This document shows positions 9,510-19,914 of a stretch of 64,000 nt of DNA, one piece after another. The DNA is taken from positions 88,686 to 152,685 of the forward strand of contig CAWIQP010000008.1 in NCBI GenBank assembly GCA_963838285.1, in the 5' to 3' direction. A model generated the notes under the pieces. It worked only from the letters and a program-made list of their open reading frames with translations. It had not been told where the DNA came from and ran no database searches. Within the stretch, counting starts at the first letter, position 1; each line of letters opens with the position of its first letter. Source of the DNA: an uncultured Chloroflexia bacterium (lineage in GTDB: Bacteria > Chloroflexota > Limnocylindria > Limnocylindrales > CSP1-4). Position numbers and translations under genes: made by a program.

Positions 9510-10400
9510 CTACGGCGTCAGCGAGTAGGTGCCCTGCGCCAGGACCTTGCCGCCGGCGTCGACTATCTGCAGCGTGTGAGTTCCCATCGAGATCGAACCG
9601 CTCGTGGCCAGGCTGCAGACGTCGCTCGTCGACAACGGGCTCGAGTTCGTCCAGGTGCCGTCGGTCTGCTGGACGAACCCCGCGGCGCCCACCGTGGTCG
9701 TGGCCTCGACGGAGCCGTCGAGCTTCAAGCTGATCTGGTCGGCGTAGGACAGCGAGGACGGCAGCGTCACGGCCTCCGTAACAGACTCGGAAGACGAGCA
9801 GCTGATGGTCGACGGCGAGAAGACGATGCTGCCCGACCTGGAACTCTGGCCCAGGTAGATCAGGGCGACGACGATGACGGCCAGAACGACGGCGCCGATG
9901 CCCAGCATCCTGGGCGTGATGTCTATTCCGCCCACGGTCGCGATTGGCTTGGCGGGCGCCGTGGGCGCGGAGGCGCCGGGATAGTAGGCCGCGGGTGCGC
10001 CTGGCGTGGGGATCGCGGGCGGAGCTTGCGTGGTCCACTGGGCCGGCGGTGCGGGCGGCGACGCGGACGGCGGGATCGACCAGGCAGGAGGCGCGAGCTG
10101 AGCCCCGTCCGCCGGGATCGACCAGGCCGGAGGCGCCGGCGGCGGGGCGGGCGGCTCGGCAGGCGCGGGCGGCGGCGCGGCAGGCGCGGGCGGCTCGGCA
10201 GGCGCGGGCGGCTCGGCAGGCGCGGGCGGCGGAGCGATTGCCGAAGCCTCCACTGCCGGGGCTATGGACGCAGGCGCCTCGACGACCGGAAGCGCCGCGA
10301 CGACGGCGGACAGGTCGGCGCCGCACCCGGCGCAGAACCGCTGCTCGGCCGCGATCCGCGGCGTGCCGCAGCTGGGGCAAAACCCGAATCCCGTCGTCAT
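9510..10400 (-). CDS. zinc-ribbon domain membrane protein with a Pro/Ala-rich repeat linker and a C-terminal extracytoplasmic domain
   Basis: ORF 9510..10601. ATG at 10398-10400 gives MTTGFGFCPSCGTPRIAAEQRFCAGCGADL (two CxxC pairs), then PAPAEPPAPAEPPAPAAPPPAPAEPP repeats, a TM helix (GIGAVVLAVIVVALIYL) and an outside domain of about 110 aa. Confidence 0.7.
   Translation of the reverse strand: MTTGFGFCPSCGTPRIAAEQRFCAGCGADLSAVVAALPVVEAPASIAPAVEASAIAPPPAPAEPPAPAEPPAPAAPPPAPAEPPAPPPAPPAWSIPADGAQLAPPAWSIPPSASPPAPPAQWTTQAPPAIPTPGAPAAYYPGASAPTAPAKPIATVGGIDITPRMLGIGAVVLAVIVVALIYLGQSSRSGSIVFSPSTISCSSSESVTEAVTLPSSLSYADQISLKLDGSVEATTTVGAAGFVQQTDGTWTNSSPLSTSDVCSLATSGSISMGTHTLQIVDAGGKVLAQGTYSLTP
10140..10245. 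repeat. tandem 21-bp coding repeat (ggctcggcaggcgcgggcggc, about 4-5 copies)
   Basis: Directly visible at 10147-10240. It encodes the PAPAEPP units of the zinc-ribbon protein. Confidence 0.8.
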
Positions 10401-10671
10401 GTCGAGTCTCCCGCACGATTCCAGACCCTCGGAAACGGCCGAAGTCCGATTGAGGCCGAGCGTCGCCGCCCGCCTTGTCGACCGCGGCCTGTCGGCCCGA
10501 GCCGGGGACAGCCTAGCCTCTCGCTTAGCGGGAAACCAGCCCTCGACCACGCGATCGGCGTGCTCGCCGTACTGGCGGTTCGCCGGATCCCCCGGCACCA
10601 TCCTTGCCGAGCCCTGCCATCGAGCCCTCCCCCGTCGCCACTCCCGGACGGCCGACCATGCGGCCTCTCGC

Positions 10672-13600
10672 TCAGCCGCCGGAAGTGGTGAAGTACCCGG
10701 TCAGATCGAAGATGGCCTGAGCTGTCGGTCCGTTGGACGGTGCGACGAAGGTGATCGAGAGGGTGCCGTTCGTGCCGAGCTGCACGGCGACGGCGTTGGC
10801 GCGGTCGTCACCGACGCGGGAAGTTCAGCGTCGAGCTCGTCGGGTTGTTGGTAGCCGATCGGACCGATGTAGCAGATAGCCGCTGCTCGTCTGGCCGGTC
10901 ACGGTCAGGTTGCCGGTTACGGCTGCCGCAGCCGAAGGGACGCTGCCAGGGCAAACGTCCGTGCGGCATGGTTGGTGAAGGGACCAGCCAGGCCGCCGGT
11001 ACCGAGCGGGTGTCGAGGACGCGGTTCGGGCGAAAGCGGGACGTAGAGCGGCCCCGCTGAATGTCCGGCGGTGAAGTAGCCGGTGACATCGAAGATCGCC
11101 TGAGCGGTAGGGCCGTTGGACGGTGCCACGAAGGTGATCGAGAGAGTGTTGCTTGACCCGAGCTGGACCGTCACCGCGTTGGCCCGGTCGTCACCGAGCG
11201 GGAAGTTGAGAGTCGAGCTCGTCGGGTTGTTGGTAGCTACCGGACCGATGTAGAGATAGCCGCTGCTCGTCTGGCCGGTCACGGTCAGGTTGCCGGTGAC
11301 TGCGGTTGCACCGGCGGGAACGCCTGCCACCGTGAACGTTCTGGCGGCATGGTTGGTGAAGGGACCCGACAGGCCGCCTGTACCCGAGCGGGTGTCGAGT
11401 GCTCTAGTCGGTGCGATCGCGTGATACGTGGCACCGCTCGTATCGGGCGTGAAGTAGCCCGTCACATCGAAGATCGCGTGAGCCGTGGGCCCGTTGCCAG
11501 GTGCGACGAAGGTGATCGCCAGGGTGCTCCCGGCTCCTAGCTGCACAGTCACCGCGTTGGCTCGATCATCACCTACCGGGAAGTTGAGAGTCGAACTGGT
11601 CGGGTTGTTGGCAGCGACAGGACCGATGTAGAGATAGCCGCTCGACGTCTGCCCGGTCACGGTCAGGTTGCCTGTGACCGCTGTGGCGTTCGAGGGGACT
11701 CCTGCCACCGTGAACGTTCTCGCGGCATGGTTGGTGAAGGGACCCGAGAGACCGCCCGTGCCGTTGCGGGTGTCTAGGGCTCGCGTCGGGCTGATGGCGT
11801 GGTATGTGGCACCTGAGACGACACCCTGGACGCCGGTGATGGTGAGCTTGGCCGTGCCGATAGCCGTTCCGTCGGTGCCGGTCACGGTGTGATCGCCGGC
11901 AACCGTGGAAGTGCAGGAGTTGGCCGTGCAGGTTCCGCCGGCGATGGTGAAGGTGGTCGCGGAGGTGACGTCGAACAGGTCGTTGCCATAGGCGTCGAAG
12001 CCTTCGGCCGTGAAGGCCTGGGCAATGCCGGGGTTCACCGTCGCAGTAGAGGGGCTGAGAACCAGATGATCGAGAGCACCAGCAACCGCGATGATGGGGC
12101 CGCTCGTGCCGGTCCGAGACGAGGTGTCGGTGGCGGTGACGGTGTAGGTAGTACCCGCGGTCGTGCCGGTGGTGAAGCTCACGGTCGCGAGACCGGCGGC
12201 ATTGGTTGTGCTCGTGCCGGTGGCGAAGGAGCCACCGGAGCCGCTCTTGGACCAGGTGACGACGAGGCCGGATGTAGAGACCGGGTTGCCGTACGTGTCG
12301 GTGAGCTGGGCGCCGATCGTGACGGCGGTGCCGGCGATCGGGCCGTAGCCGCTGGAGGTGACGAGGTACTTGGTGGCGGCACCGGCCGTGCCGGTAGCGC
12401 TGAAGGTTACAGGTGAGCCGGTGAGTCCGGCGCTCGTGGCGGTCAGGGTGTTGGAGCCCGCGGTCTGACCCAGAGTCCAGCTCCCGACAGTCGCGATACC
12501 CGACGAGTTGGTAGTGGTTGAGCCGCCGCTGAGGGAGCCGCCACCGGAGCCGATCGCGAAGGTGACGCTGACACCTGAGACGGCGTTGCCGTAGGCGTCC
12601 TTGACGATGACGCTAGGAGCGATGGAGACGGCTGTGCCGACGGTGGCCGACTGGCCGTTGCCGGCGTTGACCGCGATCTGGGTCGGCGTTCCGGCCGTGC
12701 CTGTGGCGGTGAAGGTTACAGGCGAGCCGGTGAGTCCGGTGCTCGTGGCGGTCAGGGTGTTGGAGCCCGCGGTCTGACCCAGAGTCCAGCTCCCGACAGT
12801 CGCGATGCCCGAGGAGTTGGTAGTGGTCGAGCCACCGCTGAGAGAGCCGCCACCGGAGCCGATCGCGAAGGTGACGGCGACACCTGAGACGGCGTTGCCG
12901 TAGGCGTCCTTGACGATGACGCTGGGAGCGATGGAGACGGCTGTGCCGACGGTGGCCGACTGGCCGTTGCCGGCGTTGACCGCGATCTGGGTCGGCGTTC
13001 CGGCCGTGCCTGTGGCGGTGAAGGTTACAGGCGAGCCGGTGAGTCCGGTGCTCGTGGCGGTCAGGGTGTTGGAGCCCGCGGTCTGACCCAGAGTCCAGCT
13101 CCCGACAGTCGCGATACCCGACGAGTTGGTAGTGGTTGAGCCGCCGCTGAGGGAGCCGCCACCGGAGCCGATCGCGAAGGTGACGCTGACACCTGAGACG
13201 GCGTTGCCGTTGGCGTCCTTGACGATGACGCTAGGAGCGATGGAGACCGCTGTGCCGACGGTGGCCGACTGGCCGTTGCCGGCGTTGACGGCGATCTGGG
13301 TAGCGGCACCGGCGACGGTGGTGATGGGGCCGCTCGTGCCGGTCCGCGACGAGGTGTCGGTGGCGGTGACGGTGTAGGTAGTACCGGCGGTCGTGCCGGT
13401 GGTGAAGCTCACGGTCGCGAGACCGGCGGCATTGGTTGTGCTCGTGCCGGTAGCGAATGAGCCACCGGAGCCTGTCTTGGACCAGGTGACGACGAGGCCG
13501 GATGTAGAGACCGGGTTGCCGTACGTGTCGGCGAGCTGGGCGCCGATCGTGACGGCGGTACCGGCGATCGGGCCGTAGCCGCTAGAGGTAACGAGGTACT

Positions 13601-16600
13601 TGGTTGAGGCACCGGGCGTGGCGGTAGCGCTGAAGGTCACAGGTGAGCCGGTGAGTCCGGCGCTCGTGGCGGTCAGGGTGTTGGAGCCTGCGGTCTGACC
13701 CAGAGTCCAGCTCCCGACCGTGGCGATGCCCGAGGAGTTGGTGGTGGTTGAGCCGCCGCTGAGGGAGCCGCCGCCGGAGCCGATAGCGAAGGTGACGGCG
13801 ACACCTGAGACGGCGTTGCCGTAGGCGTCCTTGACGATGACGCTGGGAGCGATGGAGACGGCTGTGCCGACGGTGGCCGACTGGCCGTTGCCGGCGTTGA
13901 TGGCGATCTGAGTCGGCGGACTCGTCGGCATGATCTGGGACGAGGCGACCGAGGCCGGGCCCGTGCCGGCCGCGTTGGTGGCCGTCACCGTGAATGTGTA
14001 GGCCTTGCCGTACGTGAGGTTCGAGACCGTGCAGCTGAGCGCGCCGCCTGTCGTGCAGGTCTTGCCGTCGGGCGAGCTAGTGACCGTGTAGCCCGTGATC
14101 GTCGAGCCGCCGTTGTCGGCCGGCGCGATCCAGGAGACCAGGGCCGAGAGGTAGCCGGGAGTCGTGGCGCTCACACCCGTCGGCTGACCGGGCACGGTGA
14201 TCACGCTGATCCCTGACTGGGCGCCCGTGATCGAGGAGGTGCCGGTATCGGTGGCCGTCACGGACTGGCTGCCGACCGTCTCGAGCGTGACGCTGAAAGT
14301 ACCCACTCCATGGCTCAGGGTCGCGTCGCCCGAGAGAGTCGCCAGTGGATCCGAGCTGGTCAGATGTACGGTCCCCGTGTATCCGGTGGCCGTGTTCCCG
14401 TATGCGTCGAGAGCGGTAACCGTCGCGTTGTGGGCGACTCCCGCCACGTCGGGGCTCGGCAGCCCGGACACGGTGAGCGTCGCGGCGGCGCCGGCATTGA
14501 CGACGATCGCGCTCTGAGCACCCGAGATCCCGGTATGGACGGTGTCCGTAGCCGTAACCGCCTGCGTGCCCGCGGTCCGCAGCACCAGTGCGGGGCAGAG
14601 CGTGGGCGAACCGCTGCCGCAGGAGTAAGTCGCGAACGTATGCACACCGGCGTCACCGGCCGTGAAGGCGTACGCGGCGGGAAGGGTCGCCTGGGCATCC
14701 GTCGAGGTGAAGGCGACCGTCCCCAGGTAACCCGAGTCGGTGTTGCCGTAGGGGTCCTGCGCCGTGACCGTCACCGAGTCCCACGCCCCCGCGACCGAGG
14801 GATTGGCGATGCCTGAAACGACCAGAGTGGTGGCCGGCGCGGGCGTGACGACAATTCCGCTCTGCGTTCCCGTGGTCAGTGAGTTGGCGGTATCCGTGGC
14901 CGTCACGGACTGAGTGCCGGCCGTTCGCAGCACGACCGCGGGTGGACCGAACGTGTGGGTGCCCGCATCGCCGGCGGTGAACGTGTAGCTGGCGGGGAGA
15001 GTCGACTTCGGATCGGTCGAGGTGAAGGCGATAGTGCCCCGATAGGCCGCGTCGGTCGCCCCGCCCTGGTTCTGCGCCGTGACCGTGACCGAGTCCGACG
15101 CCCCGGCGACGGATGGATTGGCGATGCCCGTCACGGCCAACGTCGGCGCCCACGTGACGGTCACGGCCGAGGACGTTGCCAGTGGCAAGGTGCCGTTGCT
15201 CAGGGCCACGGCCGCGGTGTAGGTCTGGGACGCCGCGGCGCTGGACGTCACCGTAGTGCTGCACGTCGTTCCGGACGTGCAGTCCTTCACGACGGACCCG
15301 CCGCTCAATATCGCCAGGGTGTAGACGCCGGGCCCAACGATCTGGCCGGCCGTCGCGGTCAGCGTGACCGGAGTCCCGACCGTCACGTTCGTCGCGCTCG
15401 CCCCGAGGCTCACCTGCCACCCCATGAACGCGGCGATGCCGTTCGGAGTGCCGAGGCCCGTGGGTCCGTCGTAGCCCATTACTGCGTTGCACAGGTAGTA
15501 GGTGCTGCTGCCACTGGCGCCGCAGCTGCCGTTGCTGCCGGCGGTGACGTCGTTGAGGTTGCCGGTGTGGGAGTACAGCAGGCCGGCCGGGTACGAGCCC
15601 GGATTGCCGGCGAGGGCGTACATCGAGGCGATGATCGGCGACGAGACGCTCGTGCCGCCGAACACGGACCAACCGCCCGCACTGGCATCGTAGACGGCGA
15701 CGCCGGTGTTCGGGTCGGCGACCGCGGAGACGTCCGCGACCGTCCGCCTGGCGCAGCCCGCATCCGTCTGCCACGCCGGCTTCGCGTCGTAGCCTGAGCA
15801 GCCGCTTCCCGCGCCCGACCAGGCAGCCTCGGTCCAACCGCGAGGATTGCTGGCACGCGCGAGCGACGTCCCCCCGACCGCGACGACGTACTGCGACGCC
15901 GCCGGGTATTCGACTCCATAGCCGTCGTCGCCGGTGCTGGCGACGATCGCGACGCCCGGGTGGTGGTAGTAGCTCGAGTCGTAGGTCAGATCGCTCGAGC
16001 TCTCGCCTCCGCCGTAGCTGTTCGAGACGGCGACGGCGCCCAGCGAGACGGCCGTATTGACGGCTGTTCCCAGGTTGGCCACCGTGGCCGAAGCTGGCCT
16101 CGACCAGCAGGATGTGGCAGGCCGGACAGATCGCCGACACCATGTCCAGATCGAGGTCGATCTCTTCTCCCCAGCCAGCGTCGACCGTCGGGAGTGGCGA
16201 ACTGGCGCCGGTCTGATTGACCTTGCGGAAGCAGCCGTTGGCGGTCGTGCAAGCCGGCAGCCCGAACTGGGTCCTATAGGTGCCAAGGTCGGACTCGGCG
16301 TTGGGCTGGTCGTTGGCGTCCACGATCCCGACGGTGAGAGTGCTCGTGGCGGATTGCAGGTTGTAGGCGCTCCGCAGATCGGCCGGGCCAAAGCCACTGG
16401 GCGCCGTCATCGGGGAGATCGCGTCCGCGGCACGAGCGGCGATGTCCGTCCTGATCAGCGACAGGCAGTGGAAGAAACCCGGGCCCGGGTCAGGGCAAAC
16501 CTCGCGGGTCGTAGCGGAGGACGGGGCATTCGGCGCGGCGGAAGACGCGGGTGCGGCAGCTCCCGCGGCCGGCGAGGCCGCGGACACCATCCCTGGCGCG

Positions 16601-16686
16601 AGCCCCAGCGATCCGACGGCCAGCAGGATCCCGCACAGGATCCTCACGGCGGGACTTGCACCGACCGAGACGAGTGGCTTCATCGG
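10672..16686 (-). CDS. giant secreted S53 (sedolisin/kumamolisin-type) peptidase with an Ig-like/FN3 repeat C-terminal extension; reading frame interrupted
   Basis: N-terminal ORF 14653..16773: signal peptide MKPLVSVGASPAVRILCGILLAVGSLGLAPGMVSAA, then S53 pro/catalytic hallmarks (FGPADLRSAYNL, TVGIVDANDQPNAESDLGTYRTQFGLP). Main ORF 10917..16397 holds the catalytic core (AVSNSYGGGE, GGTSVSSPIIASMYA, C-terminal GYDGPTGLGTPNG). Then three approximately 95-aa Ig-like units, an FN3-like unit, Big_1-like units (TQIAVNAGNGQSATVGTAVSIAPSVIVKDAYGNAVSG...), and three approximately 125-aa unassigned repeats. Frame changes fall at about 16090 (ASFG / ATVANL) and at least twice in the last repeat; the uninterrupted C-terminus ...DLTGYFTTSGG ends at TGA 10672-10674. 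Confidence 0.8.
10680..11800. repeat. three tandem approximately 375-bp repeats encoding an unassigned 125-aa module; third copy degenerate or frameshifted
   Basis: Copies 1 and 2 read ATYHAI(S/A)PTRALDTR(N/S)GTGGLSGPFTNHAARTFTVAGVP...NNPTSSTLNFP...FDVTGYF. Copy 3 aligns at DNA level across 10680-11050 but spans three reading frames. Confidence 0.7.
12100..13920. repeat. near-identical tandem coding repeats (about 303-bp A units x4 and about 290-bp B units x2) inside the giant peptidase gene
   Basis: Protein units A1-B1-A2-A3-A4-B2 are above 95% identical. The shadow ORFs 12163..12348 and 13393..13578 are duplicates about 1,230 bp apart. This region is prone to assembly collapse, so copy number is uncertain. 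Confidence 0.8.
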
Positions 16687-17033
16687 ATACCAGACTCCTT
16701 CACCGCGCGGCACCGCACGCTCATGTGGTCGAGCCCTCCCGACCCGGGTCCTGGGACTGCCCGGCGCCTCCACCGCGGCAGACTCTCAAGCACCGCTCGA
16801 TTCACCTGACAGGGGCGGGACGAAGAACGAGCCACGACTCGTCGGCTCCTCGTCCGCCGGTCGGGGGCTCTCCATCGCGCCAACCGTGGCGATCTTACGC
16901 CCGCCACAGGCCGGGCATCCCGGGTTCGGCGCCGCGGGACGAATCGTGGTGCGTGCCGGCACCTACAGAGCTCGCTCCGGCACCGGGGGAACCTGCCGCA
17001 CCCGCCTTGCACCGCTCGGCGTCGACTCCGCCG

Positions 17034-17954
17034 CTACGTCGCGGCCTCGCCCGCGTCCCCGGCGCCCGACGACCGGGAAACCATCAGAATGCCGAGGAAT
17101 GTCGTCCCGGCGCCGACGACGTCCAGCGCCGTCAGCGGTTCGCCGAGCAGGATCCAGGACGAGGCGAGTCCGACTACGGGGACGGCGAGGAAGCCCATCG
17201 TCGTCGCCAGCGGGCTGAGGGAACGCGAGATCGACTGGCTCAGCCAGAAGGCCAGCGCGGTGGCGAGCGGGCCGCTGTACAGCACGGCGACGACGGCGGT
17301 CGGCTCCCAGTGAATCTGGCGGCCCGGCTCGAGTACCAGCGCGGCGATGACGAGCGGCACGAGAGCCACCAGGAGCTGCCACGGCATGAGATCCAGGGGC
17401 GTCGCGCGCCACACGTGGCGGCGAATATGGATCGTCGTGACGGCCCACAGGACCGCGCTCACGAGGAGACCCGCGCTGCCGAGCAGCTGTCCGGAGGATC
17501 CCCAATCGATGGCCCCGGGGTTGAGCAGCACGACGATTCCCGCCATGCCGACGACCAGCCCGGCCACCTGCCGTCGCGCTCCACCGGCGCGCAACGCGGG
17601 AAGCTGGATGAGCGCCACCCAGAGCGGCATCGTGTAGACCAGGATCGACGACCGGCCGGCCGAGATCAGCGGCAGGGCGAAGTTCATCAGCACGATTCCG
17701 GCGGCCATCTGGCCTATGCCCACCGACAGCACCACCGGGACGTCCTGGCGGGAGGGAAGCCGGAGGCCGCGTCGAACCGCCAGAACGCCGACGATCACCG
17801 CCAGCCCCGTGGCGACTCGGAGAGTGCCGTAGGTGAAGGGCGGCAGGTCGCGCAAACCGATCTTCGCGACGGGCCAATGGACGCCCCAGACGAAGGCCAG
17901 GCAGATCAGGAGCAGGTACGGTCGTGCTCGCGCCCCGCCGATCCGCCGTCGCAT
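17034..17954 (-). CDS. DMT-superfamily (EamA-like) transporter
   Basis: ORF 17034..18047. ATG at 17952-17954 (MRRRIGGARARPYLLLICLAFVWG...). About 10 TM segments with two EamA-like halves. Confidence 0.8.
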   Translation of the reverse strand: MRRRIGGARARPYLLLICLAFVWGVHWPVAKIGLRDLPPFTYGTLRVATGLAVIVGVLAVRRGLRLPSRQDVPVVLSVGIGQMAAGIVLMNFALPLISAGRSSILVYTMPLWVALIQLPALRAGGARRQVAGLVVGMAGIVVLLNPGAIDWGSSGQLLGSAGLLVSAVLWAVTTIHIRRHVWRATPLDLMPWQLLVALVPLVIAALVLEPGRQIHWEPTAVVAVLYSGPLATALAFWLSQSISRSLSPLATTMGFLAVPVVGLASSWILLGEPLTALDVVGAGTTFLGILMVSRSSGAGDAGEAAT

Positions 17955-18206
17955 TCCGGACGTCGTCCGGCCCGCGGCGTCGCCGCCGACGCGGACGGCC
18001 GGTTCGGCGGGCCGTGCCGCATTCGTCGAAGCGACGTCGAAGTCCATTGAGGCGACCTGTCCTCCGTGCGGCCGATGCGCCAGCGGCCGGCCAACCCTTC
18101 CGGGGCCGGCGTGGGTGCGCGTTCGAGAAGCCTAAACGAGGATGGCGATCGCCGGGCGACCCACGGATGAAACCTCCCGAGCCGCCGGCCGTCCGGCCGG
18201 GCGAGG

Positions 18207-18917
18207 TCAGAACGAGACGGTCGACCCGGCACGGTGGCGTTCGCGCCGCCGACCCCGCCAGACGGTGACGCGGCCGCGGCCCTGCACCCGCCACACGCCG
18301 TCGCGACCCACCACGGCGGTATCCTCGTCGATCCCCACCACCAGCGCGCCGCTCGGAGCCGCAAGCACCAGCGGAGCCACGAGCGTCTCGGGGATAGCGT
18401 CGTAGTGAGGCACGATCACGAGACCGGGCACCAGGCCCAGTGAGTCCTGCCAGCCCACGGGCAATCCGAGGAACCGCCCGCCACCGGTCCGGAACTGCTG
18501 CCCGCCCAGGACCATCGCACCGGCCGAACAGCCCGCGATTACCGCCCCGCGGGCATGCGCCGCCAGCAGGGCGGCACCTGCCCCGCTGCCCTGGAGCACG
18601 CCGAGGAGGTGGCCCGGCTTCCCGCCGGAGAGGTACACGAAGTCGGCGTCCGAGATGGCCGCGACGGACGCCGCGTCGTCGGCCGACGCCCGGTCCCGGA
18701 TGAGGACCGGCACCGGCTCCGCCCCCAGCGCGGCGAAGTGCGCCTGGCCCATCGCGACCCAACGCATGAAGACGGCCTCGCCATCCGGCCATGAGGCCGC
18801 CGGGACTATGGCGACGCGCGGTCGGTCGCGGCCTGTGATCGCGAGCAGCGCCCGGTCCACCTCGTCCATGGCCGGTGTGAACTCTCCCGAGCCGACCAGC
18901 GCGATGACCCCGTTCAT
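18207..18917 (-). CDS. S51-family peptidase (peptidase E / cyanophycinase-like class I glutamine-amidotransferase fold)
   Basis: ORF 18207..19481 has a long junk N-terminus. ATG at 18915-18917 gives MNGVIALVGSGEFTPAMDEV...DFVYLSGGKPGHL...VIAGCSAGAMVLG...IVPHYD (237 aa). Confidence 0.7.
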   Translation of the reverse strand: MNGVIALVGSGEFTPAMDEVDRALLAITGRDRPRVAIVPAASWPDGEAVFMRWVAMGQAHFAALGAEPVPVLIRDRASADDAASVAAISDADFVYLSGGKPGHLLGVLQGSGAGAALLAAHARGAVIAGCSAGAMVLGGQQFRTGGGRFLGLPVGWQDSLGLVPGLVIVPHYDAIPETLVAPLVLAAPSGALVVGIDEDTAVVGRDGVWRVQGRGRVTVWRGRRRERHRAGSTVSF

Positions 18918-19131
18918 GGCTGCTGAGTCTACCGGAGCCGTGCCGCGGGGTCCGTCGGTGCGACCGGCGGATGCGCGGTCCGAGCCCTGGCCGCGGCGGC
19001 GGGCGCCCGGGGACAGACACCACCCGGGTCGCATCTCCGGCCGGCGGCTAGAATCGCCGATCTCAAGCCCGGCCACGGCGTTTGCGCGCCGGTCGGCCGC
19101 CGGCTCGACATGACTGGAGCGACGACCCCGG

Positions 19132-19560
19132 ATGAGCCTCGAGGATCTCGAGATCGAGTATGCCGCCGAGCTGCCGACAGCTGAGGAGTTCGAGCGCCTG
19201 TTCCGGTCGAGCGGCTGGACCGAGGCTTTCGAGGTGCCTTCCGATCGGGTGGCGGCGTCCCTTGCACACGCCTGGTACGCGGTCTGCGCCCGTCGCGGCG
19301 GCTCGGTCGTGGGCACCGGCCTCGTACTGTCCGACGGGGCTCTGCACGCGTTGATCGTGAACGTGATCGTGCTGCCCGAACTGCGCGGCAACGGCATCGG
19401 GACGGAGATCGTGAAGAGGCTGGTCGCCCGGTGCCGCGAAGCGGGCGTGCTCCAGGTCCAGCTCTTCAGCGCGCGGGGCAAGCGCGGCTTCTACGAACGA
19501 CTGGGTTTCGTCGCCCGCCCGGACGACGGCCCCGGGATGGAGCTCGGCGGGCTGCGCTAG
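19132..19560 (+). CDS. GNAT family N-acetyltransferase
   Basis: 142 aa with acetyl-CoA motif A (LPELRGNGIGTEIVKRLV) and GFYERLGF. Confidence 0.85.
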   Translation: MSLEDLEIEYAAELPTAEEFERLFRSSGWTEAFEVPSDRVAASLAHAWYAVCARRGGSVVGTGLVLSDGALHALIVNVIVLPELRGNGIGTEIVKRLVARCREAGVLQVQLFSARGKRGFYERLGFVARPDDGPGMELGGLR

Positions 19561-19856
19561 GGAATCCGGACGTCGTGCTGGGCGCGGGCCTGGGCGAGCT
19601 CCTCGGGGGTCAGGGTGGATTCGTCCACCTTCTCCACGATCGACCAGTGCCGTCCCACGGGACAGCGCTCGAAGCGGACGTTCCACAGGCGAACGGCCTT
19701 GAAGGACGCTCCGGGCACGAGAGTCGTCGTGAACAGGTGACCCGAGCGGCATCGGACGATCCGCTCGAACCCCCTACCGGGCCGCGCCCGCGCGGAGATC
19801 GCGACCGCGACGAAGACGATGGCGAGGACGACGATGGGCAGCAGAAGGGTCGACAT
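19557..19856 (-). CDS. hypothetical small membrane-anchored protein
   Basis: 99 aa with an N-terminal TM helix (LLLPIVVLAIVFVAVAI) and non-shadow composition. It overlaps the GNAT stop by 4 nt, convergently. Confidence 0.45.
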   Translation of the reverse strand: MSTLLLPIVVLAIVFVAVAISARARPGRGFERIVRCRSGHLFTTTLVPGASFKAVRLWNVRFERCPVGRHWSIVEKVDESTLTPEELAQARAQHDVRIP

Positions 19857-19914
19857 CGGGCGAGTATAGGTTCGCTCTCGCCAGTCTTCCCGGAACCCTG
19901 CCGGCGCCGCGCCG

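Noticed and set aside
10140-10245. Short tandem direct repeats that might be taken for a CRISPR array
   Set aside because: The repeats are contiguous with no spacers. They are in frame inside a coding region (PAPAEPP units). No cas genes are present.
12100-13920. About 300-bp tandem repeats considered as a possible mobile or IS-related element
   Set aside because: They are in-frame Ig-like domain repeats of a single large gene. No transposase, inverted terminal repeats or target-site duplications are present.
18207-19481. Full 424-aa ORF as the S51 peptidase
   Set aside because: The upstream 190 codons are shadow-like and overlap the DMT transporter region. The conserved domain starts at the internal ATG at 18917.
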